Shown here in pieces: positions 32,483-41,805 of a stretch of DNA of 64,000 nt (positions are counted from its first letter, which is position 1; the number at the start of each line of letters is the position of its first letter). The translations under genes and the position numbers were made by a program. Source of the DNA: a virus; IMG/VR virus record IMGVR_UViG_3300025872_000037, positions 64,088 through 128,087 of that record; one strand, written 5' to 3'. The notes beneath the pieces are model-generated. The model was not told where the DNA came from, searched no databases, and was given only the letters and a program-made list of their open reading frames with translations.

Positions 32483-33412
32483 ATGTCATTCGCTGACCTA
32501 AAAAAGAATCGCTCCGCAAACCAAATCGCGCACCTGCAATCGCAGGCTGCTAAAGCCGCTGGCAATGGCGGCGGTGAAAAGTCCTATAAGGACGACACGC
32601 TCTGGAGCCCGACTGTTGACAAGGCTGGTAACGGTTATGCCGTGATCCGCTTTCTTCCTGCGCCGAAGGGCGAGGAACTTCCCTGGGTCCGTTATTGGAA
32701 CCATGGCTTCAAGGGTCCCACGGGCAAGTGGTATATTGAGAACTCTCTGACATCTATCGGTCAGAAGGATCCGGTTGCTGAGCTCAATTCGAAGCTTTGG
32801 AATTCCGGACTTGATTCCGATAAGGAACTCGTCCGTGAGCGCAAGCGTCGTCTGCATTATGTCGCCAACATCTTGGTGATCTCCGACCCGTCTAATCCGA
32901 ATAACGACGGCAAGGTATTTCGCTTCAAGTTTGGCAAGAAGATCTTTGATAAGATCCTCGACTTGATGCAGCCGCAGTTCCAAGACGAGAAACCCGTCAA
33001 TCCGTTTGACTTCTGGGAGGGTGCTGACTTCAAGCTCAAGATCCGCAACGTTGAGGGATACCGCAACTACGACAAGTCTGAGTTTGCTGCTCCTACTCCA
33101 TTGTTCGGAGGTGATGAAGGTAAGCTGGAAACAGTCTACAATCAGCTGCACTCGCTTGCTGAGTTCATCGATCCGAAGAACTACAAGTCATATGACGAGC
33201 TGTCACGCAAGCTGATGGATGTTCTGGGTGAATCGGGCCAAGTGCTCACCACTGCGGAACGTACTCAGCTCGATGAGACAGCGCCTGCTCCGCGTCGTGC
33301 CTCTGCTGAGGCTGCTCCGATGCCTGCCCGCAAGGCAGCTGTTGAGGCTGATGAGGAAGCTGGTGACGAGGATACACTGAGTTACTTCGCGAAGCTCGCG
33401 AAGGAAGACTAA
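32483..33412 (+). CDS. 32: Single-stranded DNA-binding protein gp32
   Basis: DKAGNGYAVIRFLP, WYIENSLT, FKFGKKIFDKI, PFDFWEGADFKLKI, acidic tail ending SYFAKLA. Confidence 0.97.
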   Translation: MSFADLKKNRSANQIAHLQSQAAKAAGNGGGEKSYKDDTLWSPTVDKAGNGYAVIRFLPAPKGEELPWVRYWNHGFKGPTGKWYIENSLTSIGQKDPVAELNSKLWNSGLDSDKELVRERKRRLHYVANILVISDPSNPNNDGKVFRFKFGKKIFDKILDLMQPQFQDEKPVNPFDFWEGADFKLKIRNVEGYRNYDKSEFAAPTPLFGGDEGKLETVYNQLHSLAEFIDPKNYKSYDELSRKLMDVLGESGQVLTTAERTQLDETAPAPRRASAEAAPMPARKAAVEADEEAGDEDTLSYFAKLAKED

Positions 33413-33440
33413 TAGTTTTCTCAGTCTAGCGTCTCAAACG

Positions 33441-33467
33441 AAGAGCGGTCGAAAGGCCGCTTTTTTT
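33441..33467 (+). terminator. Intrinsic terminator between convergent blocks
   Basis: AGCGGTC-GAAA-GGCCGCT-TTTTTT. Confidence 0.9.
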
Positions 33468-33469
33468 AG

Positions 33470-33901
33470 TTACAAGTCTTTCGGCAATTCGCCGCGCTCG
33501 ATTAGCTTTTTCTTGTTTGCCTGATGACCTTCCTGAACGAGTTCTTTATTCTCGCCTTGATAAGGAACCGCATAGTTATTCTCGATTAGCCATTTATTGA
33601 CATTAGTGCCGTCATCTAAAATAAACTCGCCGAGAATACGGCCAAACTTATCGTCGTTGCCATCATCCCGTTGCGTATTAATCTTGACCCAAGATCCAAT
33701 AGGTAGCTTTTCGCCTAATTTCTTTTTAGAAAGTGTGCCGCGTACTTTTTCTTCCTTATCGGCTGTGCGCGATTCAGGAGTATCCACTCCCAGCATACGA
33801 ACTCGCTGATTTGCGAGCACAATATTGAAGCCTAAATCCAGATCGATATCGACTGTGTCACCATCGAGGACCTTATTGATTCTGCATTTGTATTGGTACA
33901 T
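33470..33901 (-). CDS. Thermonuclease (SNase-like) endonuclease
   Basis: KVLDGDTVD, RVRMLGVDTPESRT, DKFGRILG. Confidence 0.9.
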   Translation of the reverse strand: MYQYKCRINKVLDGDTVDIDLDLGFNIVLANQRVRMLGVDTPESRTADKEEKVRGTLSKKKLGEKLPIGSWVKINTQRDDGNDDKFGRILGEFILDDGTNVNKWLIENNYAVPYQGENKELVQEGHQANKKKLIERGELPKDL

Positions 33902-33904
33902 AGA

Positions 33905-36172
33905 TTATATTCCGTAAGGTGATGCTTTGAAGATCATTCCAGTTCTATCAGGAATTGACAGACCACCGCCGTAAGTAACAGACTGATTGTTGTTCGTTAC
34001 GTTGGTGCGGCTACTTGCATCTACAACTGATGTATTATTTGCGACACTTGCAGCATCCTTCATCGCCTGAGTTGATTGAGACGTTTCATTTAAAGAAGCA
34101 CCAGTTACATTAGCCATCGGTGTAATGCTTTCCATTGCCAAGCGCTTATCAAGTGCAGTTGTTGGCTTAAGAGTGCTCGCATATGCATCGATACGATCTA
34201 GTGCTGGTGACCCGGATTCTGAAGGGGGAGTAGAAGATGTGGGCGTGGCAGCAGCACTACCGCCGCCAGTAGCAGATGCCTCGCCGCCCAGGCCAAGCAT
34301 ATCCAATGCTTTCTTCGTGATATCAAATCCTACAAGTTTGCCAAGCGAATTGACTGGTGCAAGTAATACCTTTATCAATCCAGCGACAATACTCTTGAAG
34401 AAGTCTACGAAATCAATCTTACCAAGTAGCATATCCTTTAATCCCACGAATATGCCCTTGAAGCCTTCCCATATTTCTTTAAAGTAACCAGAGATTACAT
34501 CGGTTATTTTACCGACTAATTCTGGCAACGTGTTCATAAAGAAATTGAATATACCTTCAAACATTTCTTGTCCGACGTTTATGAACTCTCTAATGAAGTC
34601 CTTAAAGTTGAACATATCAAGTTCTTTTTCAATTTCTTTAAATCCAAGTTTGCCTGCAATCCAGCTGATGATGCTTTTTGGTATATCGACCATCCATCCG
34701 ATTAGGCCGTTGACTAATCCAACCATACCTTCTTTAAACTTGTCAGCGATGCTGCCTTCCTTTTCGCTGAATCCTTTAAAGAAGTCCCAGATTCCCATAA
34801 TGATTGTTAGCGGCAAGAATAACTTGGCTGCAAGCTTGCCTAGGAATCCGAACACCTTTCCTGCAAGCGATCCGAGTGCTTCACCAAGCTGAAAGAATAC
34901 CTTAAACGGCTTTGTGATCGCGCCCCAGATTCCTTTTAGAGTATTGAGCGCCTTGCCGATGATACCAATCGAATCACCAGCAGCATCAGCACCTTTTACC
35001 AGATTCTTGACAGCATCAAACTTCGATACGACATTTGCGAATGCTTCCTTAACTGGCTTAAATGCATCCGCCACGAACACGAAGAAATTCTTGACGCCAT
35101 TGACTGCTGCAGTAATCTTATTTCCTACAGCGCTTAACAGTGTTCCAACTTTAGCAACTGTCTTTTCGACAGCTCTAAAGATAGGATTGTCAGATATCAG
35201 ACGAATATATGCTCTAAACTTAGAGATCATTCTTTCGCCTATCTTCATAAAGTTTTCAAACGCAGTAGCTATATTCTGCCCTAAGCGCGAAAACATCTCA
35301 GGCAATTTAGATGCAATCAGTCTAGGAAGCGCTTTGATTCTGCTCCATGCACGTTCAAACGCTTTCCCCAGATTATCGATGAATCTACCAATTGCTTGTC
35401 CGAGCTTTGACTCCTTCACCATCTTGATGATGTTTTTGAAGATAGCGCCTAGTTCCTTTGCAAGCCCAACGATGAAACCACTTGCTGCGCCTAGCAATCC
35501 AGCAACCCAACCCATCAGACCTAATTTACCATCCTCGTCTTTGTCCTTATCTTTCTTTTCTTTTTCTGGTGGACGCTTTGTTATTTTTTCAAGCAGCGCC
35601 ATGAATTCGCGCCGATTTTCTTCTTCTTGCTGGCGACGAGCATCTGCTAATTCTAGATCCTGCGCCATCATATTGGTAATGTGGCCGATGTCATTAGCGA
35701 TTGCTATAATTGGTCGATAAAGATCAATTACTATCGAAGATGTAGCAAATGATGTACCTTTGATTTCTATCAGGCAGTTCAATATTTCATTGAACATTCC
35801 AACGTCAAGTTTAGATTCTTCTTTTTCTTCGGCTGCTGGGGCTGCAACTGCTGCTGCAGCGATAGGAATAGTCGCTGGCCCAGTCTTTGCCAAGAAATCA
35901 GAAATGTCTGTCGCTATCATTTCAGTCCATGTTGAGACATCATTCATCTCAATACGGAGCTTTTCCATCTTTTCTGTTAACTTCTTTAACCCATCGCTTG
36001 ATGACTTAGCTGCCTTGCTTGATGTTGCTGATCCGCGTTTCTTTGCAGCAGGCGCTTTCTTGGTTGATGCTGATCTTGTTTCTGCTACGGGCGCAGCGGT
36101 GGGCGTGATGGACGAGGCTGTAACATCGGGCGATGATACTATTGGATCTGTTGTCTTTTTTGTCTCGTCCAT
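33905..36172 (-). CDS. Probable tail tape-measure / gp29-like protein
   Basis: 755 aa, long amphipathic helical repeats, directly downstream of gp26/gp51. Confidence 0.65.
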   Translation of the reverse strand: MDETKKTTDPIVSSPDVTASSITPTAAPVAETRSASTKKAPAAKKRGSATSSKAAKSSSDGLKKLTEKMEKLRIEMNDVSTWTEMIATDISDFLAKTGPATIPIAAAAVAAPAAEEKEESKLDVGMFNEILNCLIEIKGTSFATSSIVIDLYRPIIAIANDIGHITNMMAQDLELADARRQQEEENRREFMALLEKITKRPPEKEKKDKDKDEDGKLGLMGWVAGLLGAASGFIVGLAKELGAIFKNIIKMVKESKLGQAIGRFIDNLGKAFERAWSRIKALPRLIASKLPEMFSRLGQNIATAFENFMKIGERMISKFRAYIRLISDNPIFRAVEKTVAKVGTLLSAVGNKITAAVNGVKNFFVFVADAFKPVKEAFANVVSKFDAVKNLVKGADAAGDSIGIIGKALNTLKGIWGAITKPFKVFFQLGEALGSLAGKVFGFLGKLAAKLFLPLTIIMGIWDFFKGFSEKEGSIADKFKEGMVGLVNGLIGWMVDIPKSIISWIAGKLGFKEIEKELDMFNFKDFIREFINVGQEMFEGIFNFFMNTLPELVGKITDVISGYFKEIWEGFKGIFVGLKDMLLGKIDFVDFFKSIVAGLIKVLLAPVNSLGKLVGFDITKKALDMLGLGGEASATGGGSAAATPTSSTPPSESGSPALDRIDAYASTLKPTTALDKRLAMESITPMANVTGASLNETSQSTQAMKDAASVANNTSVVDASSRTNVTNNNQSVTYGGGLSIPDRTGMIFKASPYGI

Positions 36173-36178
36173 CGTAGT

Positions 36179-36370
36179 TTACTTTTTAGAATTGAGCTTT
36201 TGAATTCTTTCGTTTTCCTGCTTAACGTGTTCCGATAGCAGGTGAACGTAGATTTCCCTCTCCCATGGCAGCATATCCTCAAGCTCAGTTAAACTGTAGT
36301 GGTGATGCTGCATCATTGCAAAATTAGTCTGATAGTAGTTCAGAAGATTGTCGTGAGAGAGGGCTAGTTG
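36179..36370 (-). CDS. 51: gp51-like baseplate hub assembly protein (not in ORF track; lacks its own upstream start)
   Basis: QLALSHDNLLNYYQTNFAMMQHHHYSLTELEDMLPWEREIYVHLLSEHVKQENERIQKLNSKK*; first ATG only at 36316. Confidence 0.8.
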   Translation of the reverse strand, partial: QLALSHDNLLNYYQTNFAMMQHHHYSLTELEDMLPWEREIYVHLLSEHVKQENERIQKLNSKK

Positions 36371-37065
36371 AAAAAATTCTGCAAACCTGAGATCTCAAAT
36401 TCGTTTTCCTTCTTGCACTTTTCGCATTTGAACTTGATGTCCATTTGTAGCTTAGGCATGCTGGAAATGAATTCCTGAATCTTCAGAAATTGTGCCTGAT
36501 TCAGCGAGTCTACGAATTCAGCAAGTTCTTCACGCTTATGCTCTGCTGCGTGATATACTCCGTCCTTATCGTAGATCGTATCGATACAAGCAATAATGAC
36601 ACTAGTGATTGTTTCTGGTGTAAGCTTTCCATCTTGGTCAGAAAGGAAATCAGCCTTTGGATAGTTCAGCGTGATACCGACTTCGTCATTTAGCTGAATC
36701 TTCTTTTCGACCTTTTCAGGAAACAGCACTTGTACCTCATCGAGATTGATCTCAATCTTATTGACGGCCTCACAGTGTTTGCACTTGATGCCCACACGAG
36801 AAACTTCACCAACGGACTTAGAACGCAACTTGAGGAACAGGTATTCCAGATCAAACGTGCAAAGCTTGTCAGGATCAATTTTATTGAAAGTGCAAGAAGA
36901 AACAATGTCCTTCATTGCAGTCATGATCTGCGAGTTATTCTTTGACTCGAGCGCGATCATAAGTATCTTCTCTTCCTTGACCAGATAAGGACGGTACATA
37001 ACCGTCTTTCCGGTTGACGGAATCTTCACTTCATACTTTGGTATATCGATTTTTGGTAATGCCAT
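36364..37065 (-). CDS. 26: gp26-like baseplate hub assembly protein
   Basis: MALPKI..PKY, YRPYLVKEEKIL, FDLEYLFLKLRSKSVGE, two CxxC, ends GLQNFF. Confidence 0.9.
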   Translation of the reverse strand: MALPKIDIPKYEVKIPSTGKTVMYRPYLVKEEKILMIALESKNNSQIMTAMKDIVSSCTFNKIDPDKLCTFDLEYLFLKLRSKSVGEVSRVGIKCKHCEAVNKIEINLDEVQVLFPEKVEKKIQLNDEVGITLNYPKADFLSDQDGKLTPETITSVIIACIDTIYDKDGVYHAAEHKREELAEFVDSLNQAQFLKIQEFISSMPKLQMDIKFKCEKCKKENEFEISGLQNFFN

Positions 37066-37083
37066 AATAATTACGGGTTAAAT

Positions 37084-37605
37084 TCAATTCACTTCATAAT
37101 CAGTAAATGCCATGGTAACTGTCATTTTCTGCACTGAATTCTCTGCAGCATTATCGAAGCCGATTGAGCTTACAGTAATTGGAAATGCTTCTTTTAGCTT
37201 TACTTCGTAAACAATAGAATTTTCTTTGTCGAGTTGCTGAATGATGATATCTGTTGCATAATCATTCTTATATGCTACTCTATACCGATTCATGTCTAAT
37301 ACAGTATCAAGCCATGATTCAAATATTCTTTTCATCGAATATTGATTTGTTAGCAAGAACGTAAATACCACTTCCTCGTTCATATAACCAGTTGGCATTT
37401 TTTCTGTTTGCCGCAATAATCCGTAATCAGCAGTCAGTATTTGCTTTCCTGGGAAACTTGCATTTTCACAAAGGATAGTAAATTCTTGGGCAATCGAATT
37501 GATATTCCTCGGCGGAGTCATTATGACGTTAAACCGATTCGTGACAGCAAGACCGTTTCCTCGCGAAATAGCTGCCTTTAAATCTTCTATTGAATTCAGC
37601 GCCAT
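37084..37605 (-). CDS. Tail-tube-like protein (gp19/gp54 family)
   Basis: GLAVTNRFNV, CENASFPG, FESW, IIIQQLD, LKEAFP, TVTMAF. Confidence 0.8.
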   Translation of the reverse strand: MALNSIEDLKAAISRGNGLAVTNRFNVIMTPPRNINSIAQEFTILCENASFPGKQILTADYGLLRQTEKMPTGYMNEEVVFTFLLTNQYSMKRIFESWLDTVLDMNRYRVAYKNDYATDIIIQQLDKENSIVYEVKLKEAFPITVSSIGFDNAAENSVQKMTVTMAFTDYEVN

Positions 37606-37607
37606 GA

Positions 37608-38204
37608 TTATGCCTTTTGGTAAATTGACTTAGAGTCTCTCCAGACAACAGTCTTTTGAGCACCCTTGAAATGTTCTGTTGGCAGAAAGATTGCGGTTTC
37701 CCAGTCCGGAGCCATGATCTGTGCTGGGCGCGATTTCATCTGCTCAAACAGATAATGCTTTAAACATGGAGCAAAATAGCGCATCTTTCTTGCTCTATTA
37801 AGCAATTCATATCGAACTCTTAACCGAGTTCGCTCTGTCAGCGTATCATCAGAAATTGTTTCAAGCAGACGATCTAGAAATATTGCACGGATGCGCGGAT
37901 GTAAGTAATGCAGATTCATCCCCAGAAATCCACCAGGTGCTGGCGCAAGCATAATCACAAGCGGAAACCTGTCAAAGTATGGCAGCGTTTCTTTGTGCTT
38001 CGCATCATAGAGGAACATATACATAAATCCCCATTTTGGGAGATTCTGTTGTTTCACCTCTGTGTCTCTAAGTAACTTGTTGCGGTTGATGCGCCCGTTT
38101 AGTTCTTTGACTCTTTCTACGAACCAGTCTCTCGCCTCCTTTGAGCGAGCAGCATAACCAGTGCCCTGAAGCTCCTGGCGAAGCGATGAGAATAGCGATG
38201 GCAT
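37608..38204 (-). CDS. 2: DNA end protector gp2
   Basis: MYMFLYDAKHKETLPYFDRFPLV, GMNLHYL, CLKHYL; late promoter on the minus strand at 38214-38221. Confidence 0.92.
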   Translation of the reverse strand: MPSLFSSLRQELQGTGYAARSKEARDWFVERVKELNGRINRNKLLRDTEVKQQNLPKWGFMYMFLYDAKHKETLPYFDRFPLVIMLAPAPGGFLGMNLHYLHPRIRAIFLDRLLETISDDTLTERTRLRVRYELLNRARKMRYFAPCLKHYLFEQMKSRPAQIMAPDWETAIFLPTEHFKGAQKTVVWRDSKSIYQKA

Positions 38205-38229
38205 CGTGGCATCTATTTATAGCCCATCC

Positions 38230-38670
38230 TCAAAGTATTTTGATCCCCAGTCCCTTCAGTGTTTCCTCAGTCCATACCTCAAACTTCCATCCTCTGTCAA
38301 GCGCATAAGCATTTGCGGCTTCCCACTTACTGATGTTCTTAGCATATGTCATTACCTCGGTAATATACTTGCGCGTTTTCTTACCTGGGTTCTTAGGTGG
38401 TTGAGATTCTTTCTTGGGTTTGATTTCAACAAGTAAAATTCGACCATCAGTAAACTCAATCTTTGCATCGACAAAGTAACGGTGAACGCGGCCATCTGTC
38501 TTACAGCGGTATGGCACGATTACTTCCTCTGATGACCATGTCTTTACAAAATCTGCTGAATCTAGCCAGCGAAACAGCTGTCTTTCCCACAAAGATCGGT
38601 ATACGATATTACCAATATCGCCTCGATACTTTGATGGATTCTGCGGTGAGAATTTACCCTTGTAAGACAT
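38230..38670 (-). CDS. 4: Head completion nuclease gp4
   Basis: YKGKF.P.NPSKY.GD, YRSLWE, WSSEE, HRYFVD, EIKP, N..KWEAA. Confidence 0.93.
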   Translation of the reverse strand: MSYKGKFSPQNPSKYRGDIGNIVYRSLWERQLFRWLDSADFVKTWSSEEVIVPYRCKTDGRVHRYFVDAKIEFTDGRILLVEIKPKKESQPPKNPGKKTRKYITEVMTYAKNISKWEAANAYALDRGWKFEVWTEETLKGLGIKIL

Positions 38671-38708
38671 ATAAATAGTTTGATTCCTCGAGTCTTCTAA
38701 CTATTTAT
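38670..38708. promoter_or_regulatory. Divergent late promoters for gp48 (+) and gp4 (-)
   Basis: TATAAATA at 38670-38677 (+); CATAAATA on the minus strand at 38702-38709. Confidence 0.6.
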
Positions 38709-39558
38709 GCCCTCCAATTCCGAATCTAGTTTGCGAAATATTGCGGCTGCAGCCACAAATATGTTGGAGACATCGGGCGCGCGAGTAACTGCTGAGGCAC
38801 GTGCTGTCAGAAATATCGAACGATATACTACAGCAGGATCAGGCGGCCTGCTTGTTTTTCCATCACATATGAGAAACAATTCTGCGGGTTATCCTCATAT
38901 GGCATTCAGAACTGGATCTACGTATATTTACTTTCCAATTCCTGCAGGTCTTACGTTTTCGGATCAGGCAGAATACTCGTCAGTTGATCTTGGCTTGTTG
39001 GGAATTGAACCAGACAAAGGCATGGGCCCCACAGCAAGTCAGGGATTAGGAAAAAGCGTGGGTATTGCAGCCGGTATTGGCGCATCAATTCTCGCAAAAG
39101 CAAAAGGATATCAAAAGACTGCCGACGCGCTCACACTTGGTACTGGGAGACTAATGTCTCCTAATAAAAGAACGTCGTTTCAAGGAATGTCGATTCGTTC
39201 ATTTGAGTTTGCATTTAAGATGATGGCTAAGAACGAAAGAGATGCTGCACTTATACGCGATATCAACACAATCTTTCGCCTGAACATTTATCCAAGCACC
39301 GAGTTGGGCGGCGCAATTCTTAACTTTCCTCCTACGTGGTCAATTAAATTCTATAATATAGATGGTTTAGAAAATACTCATATTCCTAGAATTTACGATG
39401 AATGCTTTTTGACAGCAGTAAATTCGACTTATAATGCAGGATCAAATCTATTCCATGCCGATGGTTCGCCAGTTGAAGTAGATATTACTGTACGATTTGA
39501 AGAGGCAAAGGCTCTTACTCGTGATGACCTTTACAAGCTTGCAGACTATTCATCTTAA
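38707..39558 (+). CDS. 48: Baseplate tail-tube cap gp48-like
   Basis: FQGMSIRSFEFAFKM..KNERDA, PPTWSI, CFLTAV, ITVRFEE. Confidence 0.8.
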   Translation: MPSNSESSLRNIAAAATNMLETSGARVTAEARAVRNIERYTTAGSGGLLVFPSHMRNNSAGYPHMAFRTGSTYIYFPIPAGLTFSDQAEYSSVDLGLLGIEPDKGMGPTASQGLGKSVGIAAGIGASILAKAKGYQKTADALTLGTGRLMSPNKRTSFQGMSIRSFEFAFKMMAKNERDAALIRDINTIFRLNIYPSTELGGAILNFPPTWSIKFYNIDGLENTHIPRIYDECFLTAVNSTYNAGSNLFHADGSPVEVDITVRFEEAKALTRDDLYKLADYSS

Positions 39559-39563
39559 AGCAT

Positions 39564-40409
39564 ATGTCATTCTTCAGACAGTTTCCTAAAACTCAGTACG
39601 ACTTCTTTAATCGAGGAGTCAACTACGAGATTACCGACTTCTTCAGATACGTCACCGGAGATATTAAATTGTTAGATGACGTTTCAGTGTATTCGTATTA
39701 TAGAGTTCAAAATGGTGAACGGCCTGATGTAGTATCAATGAAGCTGTATGGAACGCCGGAATATTATTGGACATTCTTTGTCATCAACGACCATTTAAAG
39801 TGTGGAATAGCAACTTGGCCATTGTCTCCAGAAGCATTTGAAGATTATATGAAAGAAGAATATGATGGCTATGCTATTAGTTCTAAGGTGAATGTTAGAG
39901 TAAATGAAGACGGCGAGCGCCTTGAGACTACAACACTTGCAGATGAATTCCCCATTGGCACGCCAGTGATTGCAACTCACGTACCTGAAGGAACTAATAC
40001 AAGCATCACAACTTCAACTGGTGGAGTAGTGTATGCTAGAAATCCTCAATTATATCAGCTTATAATTAAAGGAGATATAGTAAAAACTTCGGGATCGCAT
40101 CTAACGCCATTTGTAGCAACCGGCAAGATTAAGAGTGATAAAAACGAAATGTCAATTGAGCAATGGACCGAATTTAGAAATGCGGTTCATCATTACGAAG
40201 ATTCAGAAGGTAATTTGACATACGATCCATATTATTTTGACCCAGACGAAACGGAAGGAAAAGTAGAAAACTTAGGGCCTCTTACTGCTATTTCTAACTA
40301 TGAATATGAGAGTAATCTGAATGATGCGCGTGCTGACATTAGAATTATTAAGCCATCGCTCATCAATCAGTTTGCGCACCAATATCGCACTCTGATCAAT
40401 GCTAACTAA
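39564..40409 (+). CDS. 53: Baseplate wedge gp53
   Basis: FFRQFP, GERPDVVS.KLYG..EYYWTFFVIN, WPLS, HHYE, NYEYE..LND. Confidence 0.9.
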   Translation: MSFFRQFPKTQYDFFNRGVNYEITDFFRYVTGDIKLLDDVSVYSYYRVQNGERPDVVSMKLYGTPEYYWTFFVINDHLKCGIATWPLSPEAFEDYMKEEYDGYAISSKVNVRVNEDGERLETTTLADEFPIGTPVIATHVPEGTNTSITTSTGGVVYARNPQLYQLIIKGDIVKTSGSHLTPFVATGKIKSDKNEMSIEQWTEFRNAVHHYEDSEGNLTYDPYYFDPDETEGKVENLGPLTAISNYEYESNLNDARADIRIIKPSLINQFAHQYRTLINAN

Positions 40410-41805
40410 TGTCAATCTTTCTCCTGGTAGGTCAGCAGGTGTTAATCCTGCAGCTTATCGGATCAATAAGATTATACTAACTAATCACGGCGGAAGAGAA
40501 GTAGATATTGCTGGTTTAGTTACAGATTTTTTCATCACCGAAAGCATATATTCTCCATTTCTGACACTTGAAATGAATGTCAGAGATGATGTTAACTTCA
40601 TTGAGGAATATCAGATATCTGGGCAAGAAAAGATTCTAGTATCATTCTCGAAGAACGAATATCAGGAAGATATTTTTCCTGAACTTAGCACATTAGATGA
40701 AGTTACAATTGAGCACACCTTTGTAGCAACTGAGTATCCAGTATATGCAAAGGCATCTAATAACCGTTCTCAGGCATTTGTAATTCGTGGTGTATCTGTC
40801 CATGCATATCTAGCCAAGTTCAAAAAGATATCTCGTGCATATAATGATACTGCAGTTAATATTATTAAAAACATTCTAATAGACGATCTGGGCTATGATG
40901 AGAGCAAGATAATTGTATCGAGTGCAGCATCTCCGCAGATGCGTGTCATTATTCCATATCTTGATCCACTGAGCGCAATTGCATGGATATTGCGTCGTAG
41001 CTTTGATGAGAATTCTGCGCCAATTTTTTGCTACGAAACACTATCAGATAAGCTAATGATACAGTCATACTCTGACTTTGTATCTTCAGCAAATAGTCCA
41101 CATCGTGAGTATCGAGAGGGTAAGTTCTTCACGAATGAACTTATCGATGACTATACTCAGTCTTATCTGCAGATGTCCTCGCGCATTCTAAATATATCAT
41201 CAAATATACAGCTTTCGAAGTTTGTGCCAGGATCTCAGGGCGCATACTCCTCAAAGACGCGCTATACTGACATTGCAAAGAAAACATACCGAGATGATAT
41301 CTTCGATTACGTCGGCGAGTTTGACTCGATGGTTTGGATTGATAGGGGCAAATCAATTTCCACGCAATTTAAGCTAAGCGAAAACGAGCGATCATTGAAT
41401 GAGTATGAAGAAGCTAAGGTAAACTTTGTTTCGCTGAATACTCTTGCGTTTGACGAAGAAAGCGGTGAATACAATTATCATCAGCCAACTGTCGGTAATG
41501 TGTTAAACAAAGCCGGATCTTATATCGAGAATCTTGATTCTATCATACACGAGCTGCAGTTATATGGTGACGCACTAATGCGCTCGGGCAAGTGTGTAAA
41601 TCTTCAGCTAGTAAAAGCACAGGATCCAGATGTAGAAATGCGCGAGGATAAAGCTCGTGGGAGTCAATCAAAGGATGAGTTTCTATCTGGGCGTTACATT
41701 GTTAGCGGAATCAAACATTCGTTTGGCAATGAGTACTATATGCAGATTAGAGTAAAGAAGGATACCTTCTCTTATATTTTTGAAGAATACGATGAATACG
41801 ATTGA
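40399..41805 (+). CDS. Baseplate hub protein (gp27-like position)
   Basis: Between gp53 and gp5; ESIYSPFL, FCYET, LSGRYIVSGIKH. Confidence 0.65.
   Translation: MLTNVNLSPGRSAGVNPAAYRINKIILTNHGGREVDIAGLVTDFFITESIYSPFLTLEMNVRDDVNFIEEYQISGQEKILVSFSKNEYQEDIFPELSTLDEVTIEHTFVATEYPVYAKASNNRSQAFVIRGVSVHAYLAKFKKISRAYNDTAVNIIKNILIDDLGYDESKIIVSSAASPQMRVIIPYLDPLSAIAWILRRSFDENSAPIFCYETLSDKLMIQSYSDFVSSANSPHREYREGKFFTNELIDDYTQSYLQMSSRILNISSNIQLSKFVPGSQGAYSSKTRYTDIAKKTYRDDIFDYVGEFDSMVWIDRGKSISTQFKLSENERSLNEYEEAKVNFVSLNTLAFDEESGEYNYHQPTVGNVLNKAGSYIENLDSIIHELQLYGDALMRSGKCVNLQLVKAQDPDVEMREDKARGSQSKDEFLSGRYIVSGIKHSFGNEYYMQIRVKKDTFSYIFEEYDEYD

Noticed and set aside
34125-36203. Long + strand ORFs (up to 268 aa) opposite the tape-measure gene
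   Set aside because: Antisense shadows of a biased-codon gene, with no promoter or recognisable motif.
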